The notes under the pieces are model-generated. The model did no database searches. It had not been told where the DNA came from and worked only from the letters and a program-made list of their open reading frames with translations. A DNA stretch of 64,000 bases from Armatimonadota bacterium (lineage in GTDB: Bacteria; Armatimonadota; Hebobacteria; CAIYQO01), in contig JAGUZN010000220.1 in the NCBI GenBank assembly GCA_020060775.1, forward strand, positions 984 to 64,983, in the 5' to 3' direction. A program made the translations under genes and the position numbers. Below are positions 38,310-47,445 of this stretch, in pieces; within the stretch, counting starts at the first letter, position 1; each line of letters opens with the position of its first letter.

Positions 38310-39698
38310 ATAACGTAGGATATTTTTCGCACTTTCACCGAGGGGTTGCGGTGTAGCCCTTTCGCTGAGTAGAGTGTAAGCGCCAACTTACCATACTCAC
38401 GAAAGGGACTACACACGATGAACACTACGACAATCACTGGTGAGAGTCAAGCCCAAGCCGGGCTGGTGACGATCAATGAGGGGGAGCTGCGGGCGCATCT
38501 CGACCAGATCGTCACCGGCGCGGTGGAAGAGACGCTGAACCAATTGCTTGACGCGGAAGCGGAGGCGTTGTGCCAGGCGCGACGCTATGAGCGGACGGCG
38601 ACGCGGCAAGATACGCGGGCCGGGCATTACGCGCGTAAGCTCCAGACGCGGGCGGGCGAGGTGACGCTGAAGGTGCCGAAACTGCGGCAGCTGACCTTTG
38701 AGACGGCGATCATCGAGCGCTACCAGCGCCGGGAAGCCTCGGTGGAAGAGGCGCTGATCGAGATGTACCTCGCCGGGGTGAGCGTCCGGCGGGTGGAAGA
38801 CATCACCGAGGCGCTGTGGGGCACGAAGGTGAGCGCCTCGACGGTGAGTGACTTGAATCAGAAGCTCTACCTGCGCCTGGACGACTGGTTGGCCCGTCCG
38901 TTGACCGGGGACTTTGCCTACGTCTATCTGGACGGGCTCTGGCTGAAGAAGAGTTGGGGCGGCGAGGTGCAGACGGTCTCGGTGCTGGTGGCGGTGGGGG
39001 TGAGCGCCGACGGCTACCGGGAGATCCTGGGAGTCGCCGAAGGCATGAAGGAGGATACCGCAAGTTGGCGGGACTTCCTGCGGGGGATGAGGGCGCGGGG
39101 ATTGCAGGGTATCCGGCTGGTGGTCTCCGATTGCTGCCTGGGGCTGGTGGAGGCGCTGGGCGAGGTCTTCCCCGAGGCTGCTTGGCAGCGGTGCGTGGTG
39201 CACTTCTACCGCAATGTGCTGGGACAGGTGCCGCGGGGTAAGAGCCGGGAGGTGGCGACGATGCTGAAGGCGATTCATGCCCAGGAGGATCGCACGGCTG
39301 CCCTGCAGAAAGCAGAGGATGTCGCCGGGAAACTCCGGGGGCTGAAGCTGGAGAAGGCGGCCAAGGTGCTCCAAGCGGGCATCGCCGATACGCTGGCGTA
39401 CTATGCCTTCCCGAGTGAGCACTGGCGGAGTCTGCGTACGAATAATCCGTTGGAACGACTGAATCGAGAGATCCGTCGGCGGACCCGCGTGGTGGGCTGT
39501 TTCCCCGATGGCCGCTCGGCGGTGATGCTGGTGACCGCGCGCCTGCGGTATCTGGCCAGTAAAGACTGGGGGACCAAGCGGTATTTGAACATGCAACGCC
39601 TCTGGGACGCGGCGCCTTCCGGGGAGGAGGGCGCGTAGCGCGGAGGACAATCAGGCGCTCATACTCTACAAAAAGTGCGAAAAACTCTGGACACTACC
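38310..39698 (+). mobile_element. IS256-family insertion sequence, about 1.39 kb, apparently intact.
   Basis: Single Mutator-type transposase ORF. Imperfect terminal inverted repeats sharing TTTTTCGCACTTT (left 38323..38335; right reverse complement at 39672..39684). Left end 'GATAACGTAGG' resembles the IS256 IRL start. Confidence 0.75.
38418..39638 (+). CDS. IS256-family (Mutator-type) transposase.
   Basis: 'YVYLDGLWLK..AVGVSADGYREILG' and the characteristic IS256 N-terminus 'HLDQIVTGAVEETLNQLLDAEAEALCQARRYERT'. Confidence 0.88.
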   Translation: MNTTTITGESQAQAGLVTINEGELRAHLDQIVTGAVEETLNQLLDAEAEALCQARRYERTATRQDTRAGHYARKLQTRAGEVTLKVPKLRQLTFETAIIERYQRREASVEEALIEMYLAGVSVRRVEDITEALWGTKVSASTVSDLNQKLYLRLDDWLARPLTGDFAYVYLDGLWLKKSWGGEVQTVSVLVAVGVSADGYREILGVAEGMKEDTASWRDFLRGMRARGLQGIRLVVSDCCLGLVEALGEVFPEAAWQRCVVHFYRNVLGQVPRGKSREVATMLKAIHAQEDRTAALQKAEDVAGKLRGLKLEKAAKVLQAGIADTLAYYAFPSEHWRSLRTNNPLERLNREIRRRTRVVGCFPDGRSAVMLVTARLRYLASKDWGTKRYLNMQRLWDAAPSGEEGA

Positions 39699-39707
39699 TT
39701 TTTGAGG
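39699..39707. repeat. Right copy of the target-site duplication (TTTTTGAGG).
   Basis: See the left copy at 38301..38309. Confidence 0.55.
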
Positions 39708-40242
39708 TGGTTTTCGCTGGTCGTGGGGGAGGGGGGAACGGAAATATAACCGAGAGAGGAACATGGCAAAGAACATGTACGGTAAACCCGGAACTGACCG
39801 CCAAAAGAGGAACAATTTTATACTCAGCGGCTTGATGTGTTAATCGGCGTTTCGGGGTTAGGCCCCTGCGGAGCCACACCCCTTTCGCCAGCCAACTGCT
39901 TATAGCATTAGGTTAACCGACCGTCGGAGATCATCCGGCGGTTTTTTCGTGTTTGTGAGCACGAATTCTCTCTCGGCGAGAGATTTCAGGTACTTACCTT
40001 AGCACTACACGCGCCCCCCATCGCCACCCCATCTCTCCGAAATTGCCCACTTCTCTCTGCCGCTCTGAGAGGTTCTCTCTGTCCGGTTAACAGCATGCGG
40101 AAATGATTTTCAAAATGCGGAAAAAGTGTATACCGGGGTGGAAAAGTTGTAAAACAAGGGTGGAGAAACTGCTGACTGTTGAGTCATCGACGATGTCTAC
40201 TGTCCTACTTAAGCATATGCGTATTTTGGGAGAAGGGGTGAC

Positions 40243-41010
40243 ATGGGATGGAAGCGAAAGTATAATGATCTTATCGTGAAATCACCTACCTTGTTGAGGT
40301 ATTATGCTTCATCGAAGGGTATATCAATGTCACCAACTATTGGGCATCATTCAGAATTACCGCTTACGACCGAGCAAGTATTAGCGCTGACGCGCATAGT
40401 GTTTCTCGATCCAGTCGACCCTGTGCCGTGCGACTTGATTTTCATTTTCGGTGGAACGCATCCTGGGGCGTGGGAGGCAGGAGCCGAAGCTTACTTTAAC
40501 GGATTAGGGCAGCAAATCTTTGTGGTTGGCGGTATTCCCCGAAATCCGAAAGCACCGCATGTTTCCTGGACGGGCGAGGACCGCTTCGTCCCTAATTGCC
40601 GGCGAATTGCGACTAATCTGATTCGCCTTGGTGTCCCAGAACATGTCATCAGTTGCGACGAGCGTCCATTGAATTCCTACGAAGAGGCAATGTGCCTCCG
40701 TGCATTCATTGGTACTCACCCGGAAATCGTCAGTGTGCTCTTTATCTCAAAAGGCTGGGGAATCGGTCGGCAATTTCGTACGTTACACCACAACCTGCCT
40801 GGTGACATTGTATTGGTGCCATACCCCTTTGAAACTAACCTTGGTGAGGGTGAAGCTGTCACACGGGAAAATTGGGCTGACAGCCCACAGGGTAGAGCGA
40901 TGGTTATTGCAGAATACAACCGCATACTAACTTATGGAAAACAGGGCGGTCTCACACCGTTGGCGTCTCCGGTTGTTGGGTTAGAAGACATAAGACTATC
41001 GCATCTGTAG
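40243..41010 (+). CDS. DUF218 (YdcF/SanA-like) domain protein.
   Basis: 'DERPLNSYEEAMCLRAFI' resembles the DUF218 ES..NT.EN motif. Moderately AT-rich. Confidence 0.45.
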   Translation: MGWKRKYNDLIVKSPTLLRYYASSKGISMSPTIGHHSELPLTTEQVLALTRIVFLDPVDPVPCDLIFIFGGTHPGAWEAGAEAYFNGLGQQIFVVGGIPRNPKAPHVSWTGEDRFVPNCRRIATNLIRLGVPEHVISCDERPLNSYEEAMCLRAFIGTHPEIVSVLFISKGWGIGRQFRTLHHNLPGDIVLVPYPFETNLGEGEAVTRENWADSPQGRAMVIAEYNRILTYGKQGGLTPLASPVVGLEDIRLSHL

Positions 41011-41459
41011 ATACACCCCAATTCCGTACAGGTTAGATGGTGATAGAATGGTACAAGCTTGATACCTGATGCGATATGTTGCCACTGCTGCCGTTGCATT
41101 GCCCAGTCTGGGATCATGGCAATCCGTCGCAACTCCTTTTCGCTCATCGGGTCTTTCCCGTGCTGCATCGGTAGCTCTGTCAGTTGCTCCTGAATCTCCG
41201 GTGCCAGGAATTTCAGCGTGAGAATCTGCGCGACCCGTGCTCGCGACATCTGTGCCAGCCGGGCGATCTCCGCATAGTCCTTTACGGCGCCTTGCGCGAT
41301 CAAGTCATCAAAGTGATGCGCCAGCGCCAGCACGCGCGCTACGCGGGGTATGCGTCCGACGGGCTGGGGCTTCTCGCCTTGTCGCAATACCTTCCGTCCC
41401 TTTGCTTGTGTGGCGAAATGCACAGTGTATTCCATGCGGAGTGGGGTCTCGGTGCTCAT
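40932..41459 (-). CDS. ParB/KorB-like HTH DNA-binding protein (no ParB N-terminal GERRxR domain).
   Basis: 'YAEIARLAQMSRARVAQILTLKFLAPEIQEQL' is a ParB-type HTH. Confidence 0.4.
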   Translation of the reverse strand: MSTETPLRMEYTVHFATQAKGRKVLRQGEKPQPVGRIPRVARVLALAHHFDDLIAQGAVKDYAEIARLAQMSRARVAQILTLKFLAPEIQEQLTELPMQHGKDPMSEKELRRIAMIPDWAMQRQQWQHIASGIKLVPFYHHLTCTELGCIYRCDSLMSSNPTTGDANGVRPPCFP

Positions 41460-41462
41460 AGC

Positions 41463-41657
41463 TTATGCCTCCTCAATGTGTTGTGCGGCCAGTTGTTGGG
41501 CGCTGGTCATCTCATCGTATAATGCGGCGATGCCGGTGGGGCGGAAGGTGATGCCGATCTTCCCGGTGCTCGCGGTGAAGTCGATCTGCTCAATGAGCAA
41601 ACGCAGGATGCGTGCGCGCTCGACGCGGTAGAGGACATCCCAGACCGGATCGAACAA
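41463..41657 (-). CDS. Small hypothetical protein upstream of the ParB-like gene.
   Basis: 64-aa ORF, 3 nt from the next start. No motif. Confidence 0.25.
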   Translation of the reverse strand: MFDPVWDVLYRVERARILRLLIEQIDFTASTGKIGITFRPTGIAALYDEMTSAQQLAAQHIEEA

Positions 41658-41680
41658 TTCCAGCGCGGCGCGGAAGTCCG

Positions 41681-41797
41681 TAATACGGTGACACGTAATA
41701 CGGTGACAGGTTAGTAATACTGTGACAGGTTATGTATTTCGCGTAATACGGTGACAGGTTATGTATTTCGCAATAATAGCTAACCTGTCATCGTATT
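41681..41797. repeat. Array of four direct and one inverted copy of an 18-bp unit (TAATACGGTGACAGGTTA). Putative iteron, operator or centromere-like site.
   Basis: Units at 41681, 41696, 41716 and 41744. An inverted copy lies within 41772..41797. Units 3 and 4 share the extension ATGTATTTCGC. Confidence 0.7.
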
Positions 41798-41907
41798 CTA
41801 TGGCGACGCGAATTATGTAAGTTCTCGACCTTTAATGTTATGGTATGCCTCGACGATATAGAGATGATGGTTGACATGAGAGAAGAGAAAAGCGTATATC
41901 TTCTTGT

Positions 41908-42699
41908 TTGGCCGTGACCGAATCTATTCACACCATGAGGAGATTTCCCGAAATGGACATTCCCCGGATCTTCAATATCACTGAAAGCGCTCACCGCATC
42001 CATAACCCGTTTACACCCGACAAGCTCGCTAGGCTCGGCGAGGCGCTGCGTCTGGAAAGGGGGACCCGCGTGCTCGACCTCGGCAGCGGTTCGGGGGAGA
42101 TGCTGTGCACCTGGGCACGTGATCACGGAGTCATCGGCACCGGCATCGACATGAGCCAATTGTTCACGGAGCACGCGAAAATCCGCGCTAAAGAACTCGG
42201 CGTCGCCGATCAAGTCCAGTTCATCCATGACGATGCTGCCGGCTACGTCGCCGACGAAAAGGTCGATGTGGCAGCCTGTGTCGGCGCCACGTGGATCGGC
42301 GGTGGAGTCCCCGGCACGATCGAGCTGCTGGCACAGAGCCTCAGCACCGGAGGGATCATCCTCATCGGCGAGCCCTACTGGCGGCAGTTACCGCCGACGG
42401 ACGATGTTGTCAAAGGGTGTCATGCCCATTCAATCTCCGACTATCTCATACTGCCTGAACTACTCGCGTCGTTCGGCCGCCTTGGCTATGATGTCGTGGA
42501 AATGGTGCTGGCTGACCAGGATGCCTGGGACAGATACGAGGCGGCCAAATGGCTCACCATGCGCCGATGGCTTGATGCCAATCCCGACGATGAGCTCGCG
42601 AACGATGTCCGAGTCCAACTGACCTCGGAACCTGAGCGCTACGCCACGTACACGCGTGAATATATGGGCTGGGGCGTGTTCGCACTGATGGCGCGGTGA
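41908..42699 (+). CDS. Class I SAM-dependent methyltransferase.
   Basis: 'VLDLGSGSGEMLCTWA'. Confidence 0.7.
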   Translation: MAVTESIHTMRRFPEMDIPRIFNITESAHRIHNPFTPDKLARLGEALRLERGTRVLDLGSGSGEMLCTWARDHGVIGTGIDMSQLFTEHAKIRAKELGVADQVQFIHDDAAGYVADEKVDVAACVGATWIGGGVPGTIELLAQSLSTGGIILIGEPYWRQLPPTDDVVKGCHAHSISDYLILPELLASFGRLGYDVVEMVLADQDAWDRYEAAKWLTMRRWLDANPDDELANDVRVQLTSEPERYATYTREYMGWGVFALMAR

Positions 42700-42762
42700 T
42701 GCGTTGTGGCATCCAGCGGGTTGTCACTGACACCGCGTCCTGACTATAACCGGAGGGTAGCT

Positions 42763-43404
42763 ATGCCGAACGTTGTCATTTTTGGAGCGAATGGGCTGAC
42801 TGGCCAGCAGCTCATCACACAGATGCTGGCCAAGGGGTGGAGCGTCACGGGAGCCGTACGTCGGCCGGAAACGCTGGAAGCCTTTGGCTCGCAGATTACT
42901 GTCAAGCAGATCGCTTTTAATAACGATGACAGTATTCGGAGTGCCGTCTCCGGACAGGATGTCGTCGTTTCTGCACTTGGATCTGGAGGACTCCGCGAGT
43001 CAGCGCGACCCACCAATCTATATAGCACGTCGATCAAAGCAATCACCAACGCCATGCTGGAGCAACGTATCTCTCGCGTGTATACGATCTCTTCCGGGGG
43101 CGTCGAGTATGATGCGGGTGCCCCCTGGTACTTCCGAGCTTTGCTTAGGCCGTACTTGATTAACAACTACCTCGACATGATGAAGATGGAGACGATCCTC
43201 GAAGAATCCCCATCGCTGATCGAGTGGACTATTGTCCGTCCAACTTATCTGCTGGATGGCCCGTCCAGACAGTATCTGGTGAGCGACCGGACACTTGGTA
43301 CAGGGTCATTCAAAATTCACCGGGTGGACGTGGCAGCCTTTATTATCCAGGATATCGAACGCGGGGAATGGATCCGTAAGCATCCCGTGCTTGGATACCC
43401 GTGA
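42763..43404 (+). CDS. NAD(P)-binding Rossmann protein (NmrA / atypical SDR-like).
   Basis: 'MPNVVIFGANGLTGQQLI' (GxxGxxG). GGAGGG RBS. Confidence 0.62.
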   Translation: MPNVVIFGANGLTGQQLITQMLAKGWSVTGAVRRPETLEAFGSQITVKQIAFNNDDSIRSAVSGQDVVVSALGSGGLRESARPTNLYSTSIKAITNAMLEQRISRVYTISSGGVEYDAGAPWYFRALLRPYLINNYLDMMKMETILEESPSLIEWTIVRPTYLLDGPSRQYLVSDRTLGTGSFKIHRVDVAAFIIQDIERGEWIRKHPVLGYP

Positions 43405-43604
43405 TCTTCATTGGGAAATGCTTGCATCAGCGAGTGGCTGTGACAGCGGATGGTCGGAGCGTTTTCGCATGCATGCTCGATTAGGACCCTGATACCGTTG
43501 CCGCCAAGCGAGAGACCCTATTCTCTACAATCTGAATACTGATCAGGTTAACTGCCGACGCGGGCAAGGTGTGGAACGATGGTGGTTTTAGGTGACCCCA
43601 GTGT

Positions 43605-43785
43605 CCTAAAAACTGTTTTGAAAGTCTCTATCCGGTCTCGCTTGATCTTTTCGCGGCGGTCCCTGCCGGGCCTCCTCACCCTATCGGCCCTGGATAGTAC
43701 CTCGTCGTCCCGGCAGGGACCGCCGCGAACATCTACGGCGCGATCCGCGAACAGATCCTTTCAAAACAATTTCTAAGATATGCGA
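43605..43785. repeat. Nested-palindrome element of about 170-180 bp, copy A (MITE/REP-like or structured RNA).
   Basis: Outer inverted repeats AAAACTGTTTTGAAAG / CTTTCAAAACAATTT. Inner 19-bp stem CGCGGCGGTCCCTGCCGGG / CCCGGCAGGGACCGCCGCG. About 85% identical to copy B at 62210..62375. Confidence 0.7.
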
Positions 43786-44151
43786 GAAGAGCCCCGAGCA
43801 GTTGGATGTCAAGACGATTTTCAGCGGCAGGTCTCTTGGACATGTTATCGGCAATGATGGGCGGCGAGTTGCGGCCGTGGAGATCTGGTCGAAATATGGC
43901 GATTTGGTCGGGAAGAGGTGCGAGAGATGCGCTCACGAGCCCGGCGCAATATGCCCCTTCCACTCTTTCGTGCAATCAATCATGTCATTTCATCGATGCC
44001 ACCTACTTGACAGGGAAGAGGGATCGTGATTCAATATAAGTGTAGTTTACACCTATGGGTGAGTAACATCACGTTCGACAAGACGTGAATGCCCTGCCCA
44101 GCCATGTAGAGCATTCCAGACGGATTCGGCTGGAATGGAAAGGAGCAGACA

Positions 44152-44484
44152 ATGCCAGGTGGAGATGGAACAGGCCCAGCGGGAGTGGGCCCGATGACGG
44201 GGCGAGGAGCCGGCTACTGCGCCGGCGCCGGTGTTGCGGGAAGCGCATCGCTGATCCCCGGTCGCGGACGCGGCATGGGGCTTGGCCGGGGTTTCGGTCG
44301 TGGCGTGTGTCGCGGTCTCGGATGGATTGGCGTCCTTGCGGCCGGCGGCTTGCTCGCTCGCACATTGTTCGGTTCGGCATCGAGAGCCGATGAAAAGGCC
44401 CTGTTGACCGAACAGGCCAGGAATATGGAAGGCGCGCTCGCCAATATCAAGCAGCGCCTGAGTGAACTTGACAAAGACGAGTGA
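44152..44484 (+). CDS. DUF5320-like small protein (Gly-rich N-terminus, C-terminal coiled coil).
   Basis: N-terminus 'MPGGDGTGPAGVGPMTGRGAGYCAG' is typical of the DUF5320 family that travels with NifX-like/MinD-like Fe-S gene clusters. Confidence 0.5.
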   Translation: MPGGDGTGPAGVGPMTGRGAGYCAGAGVAGSASLIPGRGRGMGLGRGFGRGVCRGLGWIGVLAAGGLLARTLFGSASRADEKALLTEQARNMEGALANIKQRLSELDKDE

Positions 44485-44547
44485 TCCCCGTGCTGCCTGA
44501 CCGGCAGTTCTGGCTGGTCAGGCAGCGTGACACCAGGAGTGCCAGTT

Positions 44548-45393
44548 ATGCGCATCGCCATCGCCAGCGGGAAAGGCGGCACCGGAAAGACCACGGTGGC
44601 CGTCAATCTTGCGCGCATCCTCTGCCGCCGGGAGGCGGTGCAATACGTGGATTGCGATGTCGAGGAACCTAATGGTCATCTTTTCCTCACGCCGTCGATC
44701 ACGCAGACGGCACCGGTGACGATCCCTGTCCCCGACGTGCGCGACGATCGCTGTACGCATTGTGGGGCGTGCAGTCAACTCTGCCAGTATCATGCCATCG
44801 CCGTGCTCAATCACATGACGCTGGTGTTCCCGGAGCTCTGTCACGGCTGCGGCGGGTGCGCCCGCGTCTGCCCGGAGCAGGCCATCAGCGAGGTGGGGCG
44901 TCCCATCGGGGTTGTCGAACGTGGGATGGCCGGCAGCGTGGCGTTTGTGCACGGGCGGCTGAATGTGGGCGAAGCGATGAGCCCGCCGCTGATACGGGCG
45001 GTGCAGGCGTTGGCGGACCCACAGGCGACCGTCATTCTCGATGCGCCGCCGGGTACCTCCTGTCCGGTCATCGCCGCGATTCGCCCGAGCGACGCGGTGG
45101 TGCTGGTCACCGAGCCGACCGCCTTCGGTCTGCATGACCTGACGCTGGCGGTGGAGATGGTGCGCGTGCTCTCTCGTCCCATGGGTGTGGTGCTCAACCG
45201 CGCGGATATGGGTGATGACCGTGTCGAGCAGTTTTGCGCGCGGGAAGGCATTCCCATTTGGGGGCGCATTCCGCATGACCGGCGGATTGCCGAGGCCTAC
45301 TCGCGAGGGGAGATCGCCGTTGATGTCCTTCCGGACACCATACCCTTTTTTGCGGCCGTTATCGATGCCATCCGAAGTGAGGTGCCGGCATGA
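44548..45393 (+). CDS. MinD/Mrp-superfamily P-loop ATPase with two 4Fe-4S ferredoxin-type motifs.
   Basis: Deviant Walker A 'IASGKGGTGKTTV'. 'CTHCGACSQLCQ' and 'CHGCGGCARVCP'. Confidence 0.72.
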   Translation: MRIAIASGKGGTGKTTVAVNLARILCRREAVQYVDCDVEEPNGHLFLTPSITQTAPVTIPVPDVRDDRCTHCGACSQLCQYHAIAVLNHMTLVFPELCHGCGGCARVCPEQAISEVGRPIGVVERGMAGSVAFVHGRLNVGEAMSPPLIRAVQALADPQATVILDAPPGTSCPVIAAIRPSDAVVLVTEPTAFGLHDLTLAVEMVRVLSRPMGVVLNRADMGDDRVEQFCAREGIPIWGRIPHDRRIAEAYSRGEIAVDVLPDTIPFFAAVIDAIRSEVPA

Positions 45394-46298
45394 GAGAGAT
45401 TGTGATCATCAGCGGCAAGGGGGGCACGGGGAAAACGAGCGTGACGGCAGCCTTTGCCAGTATAGCCCCACGTGCTGTGCTGGTGGACTGCGATGTCGAT
45501 GCCGCCGACCTGCACCTCATTCTCACCCCCACCGTGCAGGAGACGCATGAATTTTATGGCGGCAACACCGCACGCATCGCACAGGAGCGTTGCCGGCGGT
45601 GCGGGATATGCGTTGACGTGTGCCGCTTCGGCGCGGTCTTCACTGACTCTCGTGAGACTGACGATGATCGAGCTGCGGTGTACGCGATCGATCCGATCGC
45701 CTGTGAGGGGTGCGGTGTCTGTGCACATCTGTGTCCCCATCAGGCCATTGCCTTTACCGAGGCCCTCAACGGCCACTGGTTCCACTCTGACACCCGCATG
45801 GGCCCCATGGTGCATGCGCGGCTGGGCGTGGCGGAAGAGAACTCGGGAAAGCTGGTGACGCTCATTCGGCGTGAAGCGCGCGCCCTGGCCGAGGCCCAGG
45901 GGCATGATCTGATCCTGGTGGACGGCCCGCCGGGCATCGGGTGTCCGGTGATCGCTTCACTGTCAGGCGCCGATCACGTGGTGATTGTGACCGAGCCGAC
46001 GGTTTCCGGCAGTCACGATATGGCACGCGTGGTCTCGCTGGCTGCACACTTCAACGTGCCGGCCAGCGTCATCATCAATAAAGCGGATCTCAATCGGGAT
46101 AAAGCCGCGGAGATTGTGCACTATGCACTGGCGCACCGGATCGGCGTACTGGGTGAGATTCCGTATGATTCGGTGATCACGCGCGCGCAACTCGCCGGCC
46201 TCAGTGTGATCGAGTATGGCGATAATCCGGCGAGTGATGCATTGCGCACGATCTGGAGCCGGCTGCAGCAGCATATGGCAACAGAATGTGTTCGATGA
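45390..46298 (+). CDS. Second MinD/Mrp-superfamily P-loop ATPase with 4Fe-4S motifs (paralog of the upstream gene).
   Basis: 'ISGKGGTGKTSV'. 'CRRCGICVDVCR' and 'CEGCGVCAHLCP'. 4-nt overlap with the upstream gene. Confidence 0.72.
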   Translation: MREIVIISGKGGTGKTSVTAAFASIAPRAVLVDCDVDAADLHLILTPTVQETHEFYGGNTARIAQERCRRCGICVDVCRFGAVFTDSRETDDDRAAVYAIDPIACEGCGVCAHLCPHQAIAFTEALNGHWFHSDTRMGPMVHARLGVAEENSGKLVTLIRREARALAEAQGHDLILVDGPPGIGCPVIASLSGADHVVIVTEPTVSGSHDMARVVSLAAHFNVPASVIINKADLNRDKAAEIVHYALAHRIGVLGEIPYDSVITRAQLAGLSVIEYGDNPASDALRTIWSRLQQHMATECVR

Positions 46299-46386
46299 GG
46301 AATTTGCCGCACGGATTGGCATGCAGGCAGGGTATCTGACGTCGGTGATCGGGTAGTCCCTCTGGCCATCAGCCCTCTGGGTGGGC

Positions 46387-46773
46387 TTACTGCACCGCCC
46401 GCACATCATCGACAAACGCGGCCATGGCCTGGGAGAGCTTTTCGAGGACCACGCTCCACTCGCGGAGATGTTCGTCGCCACTCTCGGTCAATCGATAGAC
46501 ATGGCGCGCGGGACCACTGCCGCTCACATCCCACTCGGAAACCACATGGCCATTCATCTCGAGTTGTTTCAGCGTGCGGTAGAGCGCGGCCCGTTCGATC
46601 TCGGCGTCCGTGAGCGCATGCTCATTCAGCGCCGTCGCCAATTCGTAGCCATACGACGGACCATGTTTCTTGAGCAACAGGAGCACGACCGGCTCAACGA
46701 ACCGGTAGAGATTTCCCATCGCGCAGGTGCATGGACGATCGGCGCCATGACGATGACACTGGCCTCTTGGCAT
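46387..46773 (-). CDS. PadR-family transcriptional regulator.
   Basis: 'LLLLKKHGPSYGYELATAL..ALYRTLKQLEMNGHV' is a winged-HTH of PadR type. Confidence 0.75.
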   Translation of the reverse strand: MPRGQCHRHGADRPCTCAMGNLYRFVEPVVLLLLKKHGPSYGYELATALNEHALTDAEIERAALYRTLKQLEMNGHVVSEWDVSGSGPARHVYRLTESGDEHLREWSVVLEKLSQAMAAFVDDVRAVQ

Positions 46774-46905
46774 AGAATAATTTCTCCCTATGTGTGAAAT
46801 GCGGATATAGACAATAATTATACCATGCCACGCCGGCCTTGTCGCATCGGGCGGTGGGTAGAGCTTGTTTGATTTCGCACCTGCAATCTGTCGTGTAGTA
46901 CCCGC

Positions 46906-47265
46906 CTACCAGTGCCCGGCAACATCCGCTGACGCAGCCGGTTGCAGCGTTCCAGCGTGATACGCCGCTAACGCATCTTCGGCGGTACCACTGGCGCCCA
47001 GGTAGACAGTCACTCCGGCTGCCTGCAAGACGCGAAAGGCTTTCGGGCCGCAATGGGGAGCCAGTACCGCCGATACTCCCTCGCGTACGAGCGTCTCTGA
47101 CGATTGAATGCCGGCACCCTGCACGGCCTGCAGGTTCGGGGTGTTCTCCACCGCCTGCCAGGCGCCGGTTTCCGTGTCAAACAGGAGAAACCAGGGAGCA
47201 CGGCCAAAACGGGCGTCAATCATGGCGGTGGGTGTATTACCAACGGTCGGGATGGCGATCTTCAC
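46906..47265 (-). CDS. Dinitrogenase FeMo-cofactor-biosynthesis-domain protein (NifX/NafY/NifB-C-terminal-like).
   Basis: 'KIAIPTVGN..IDARFGRAPWFLLFDTETG..LAPHCGPKAFRVLQAAGVTVY'. GTG start preceded by GGAGGA was chosen instead of the longer ORF. Confidence 0.65.
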   Translation of the reverse strand: MKIAIPTVGNTPTAMIDARFGRAPWFLLFDTETGAWQAVENTPNLQAVQGAGIQSSETLVREGVSAVLAPHCGPKAFRVLQAAGVTVYLGASGTAEDALAAYHAGTLQPAASADVAGHW

Positions 47266-47445
47266 GGTGTATCCTCCGTACGCAAATGCGTTGTGCATAT
47301 AGGTGTAAAGTACACCATATTCTCCGTGAAACAACCCGTTCTGTCAATAGACGTGCAACATGGCGGGAAAGAGCGCAGGGGGAGAAGGCAGCCTCTCCCC
47401 CTGCAGTGTGAGCATCGCGGCATCCGCGGACTCTGCCACCGGCCG

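Noticed and set aside
41681-41797. Possible CRISPR array.
   Set aside because: The repeats are 18 bp, directly abutting or separated by variable short segments without regular unique spacers, and one copy is inverted. No cas genes are nearby. This looks like an iteron or operator, not CRISPR.
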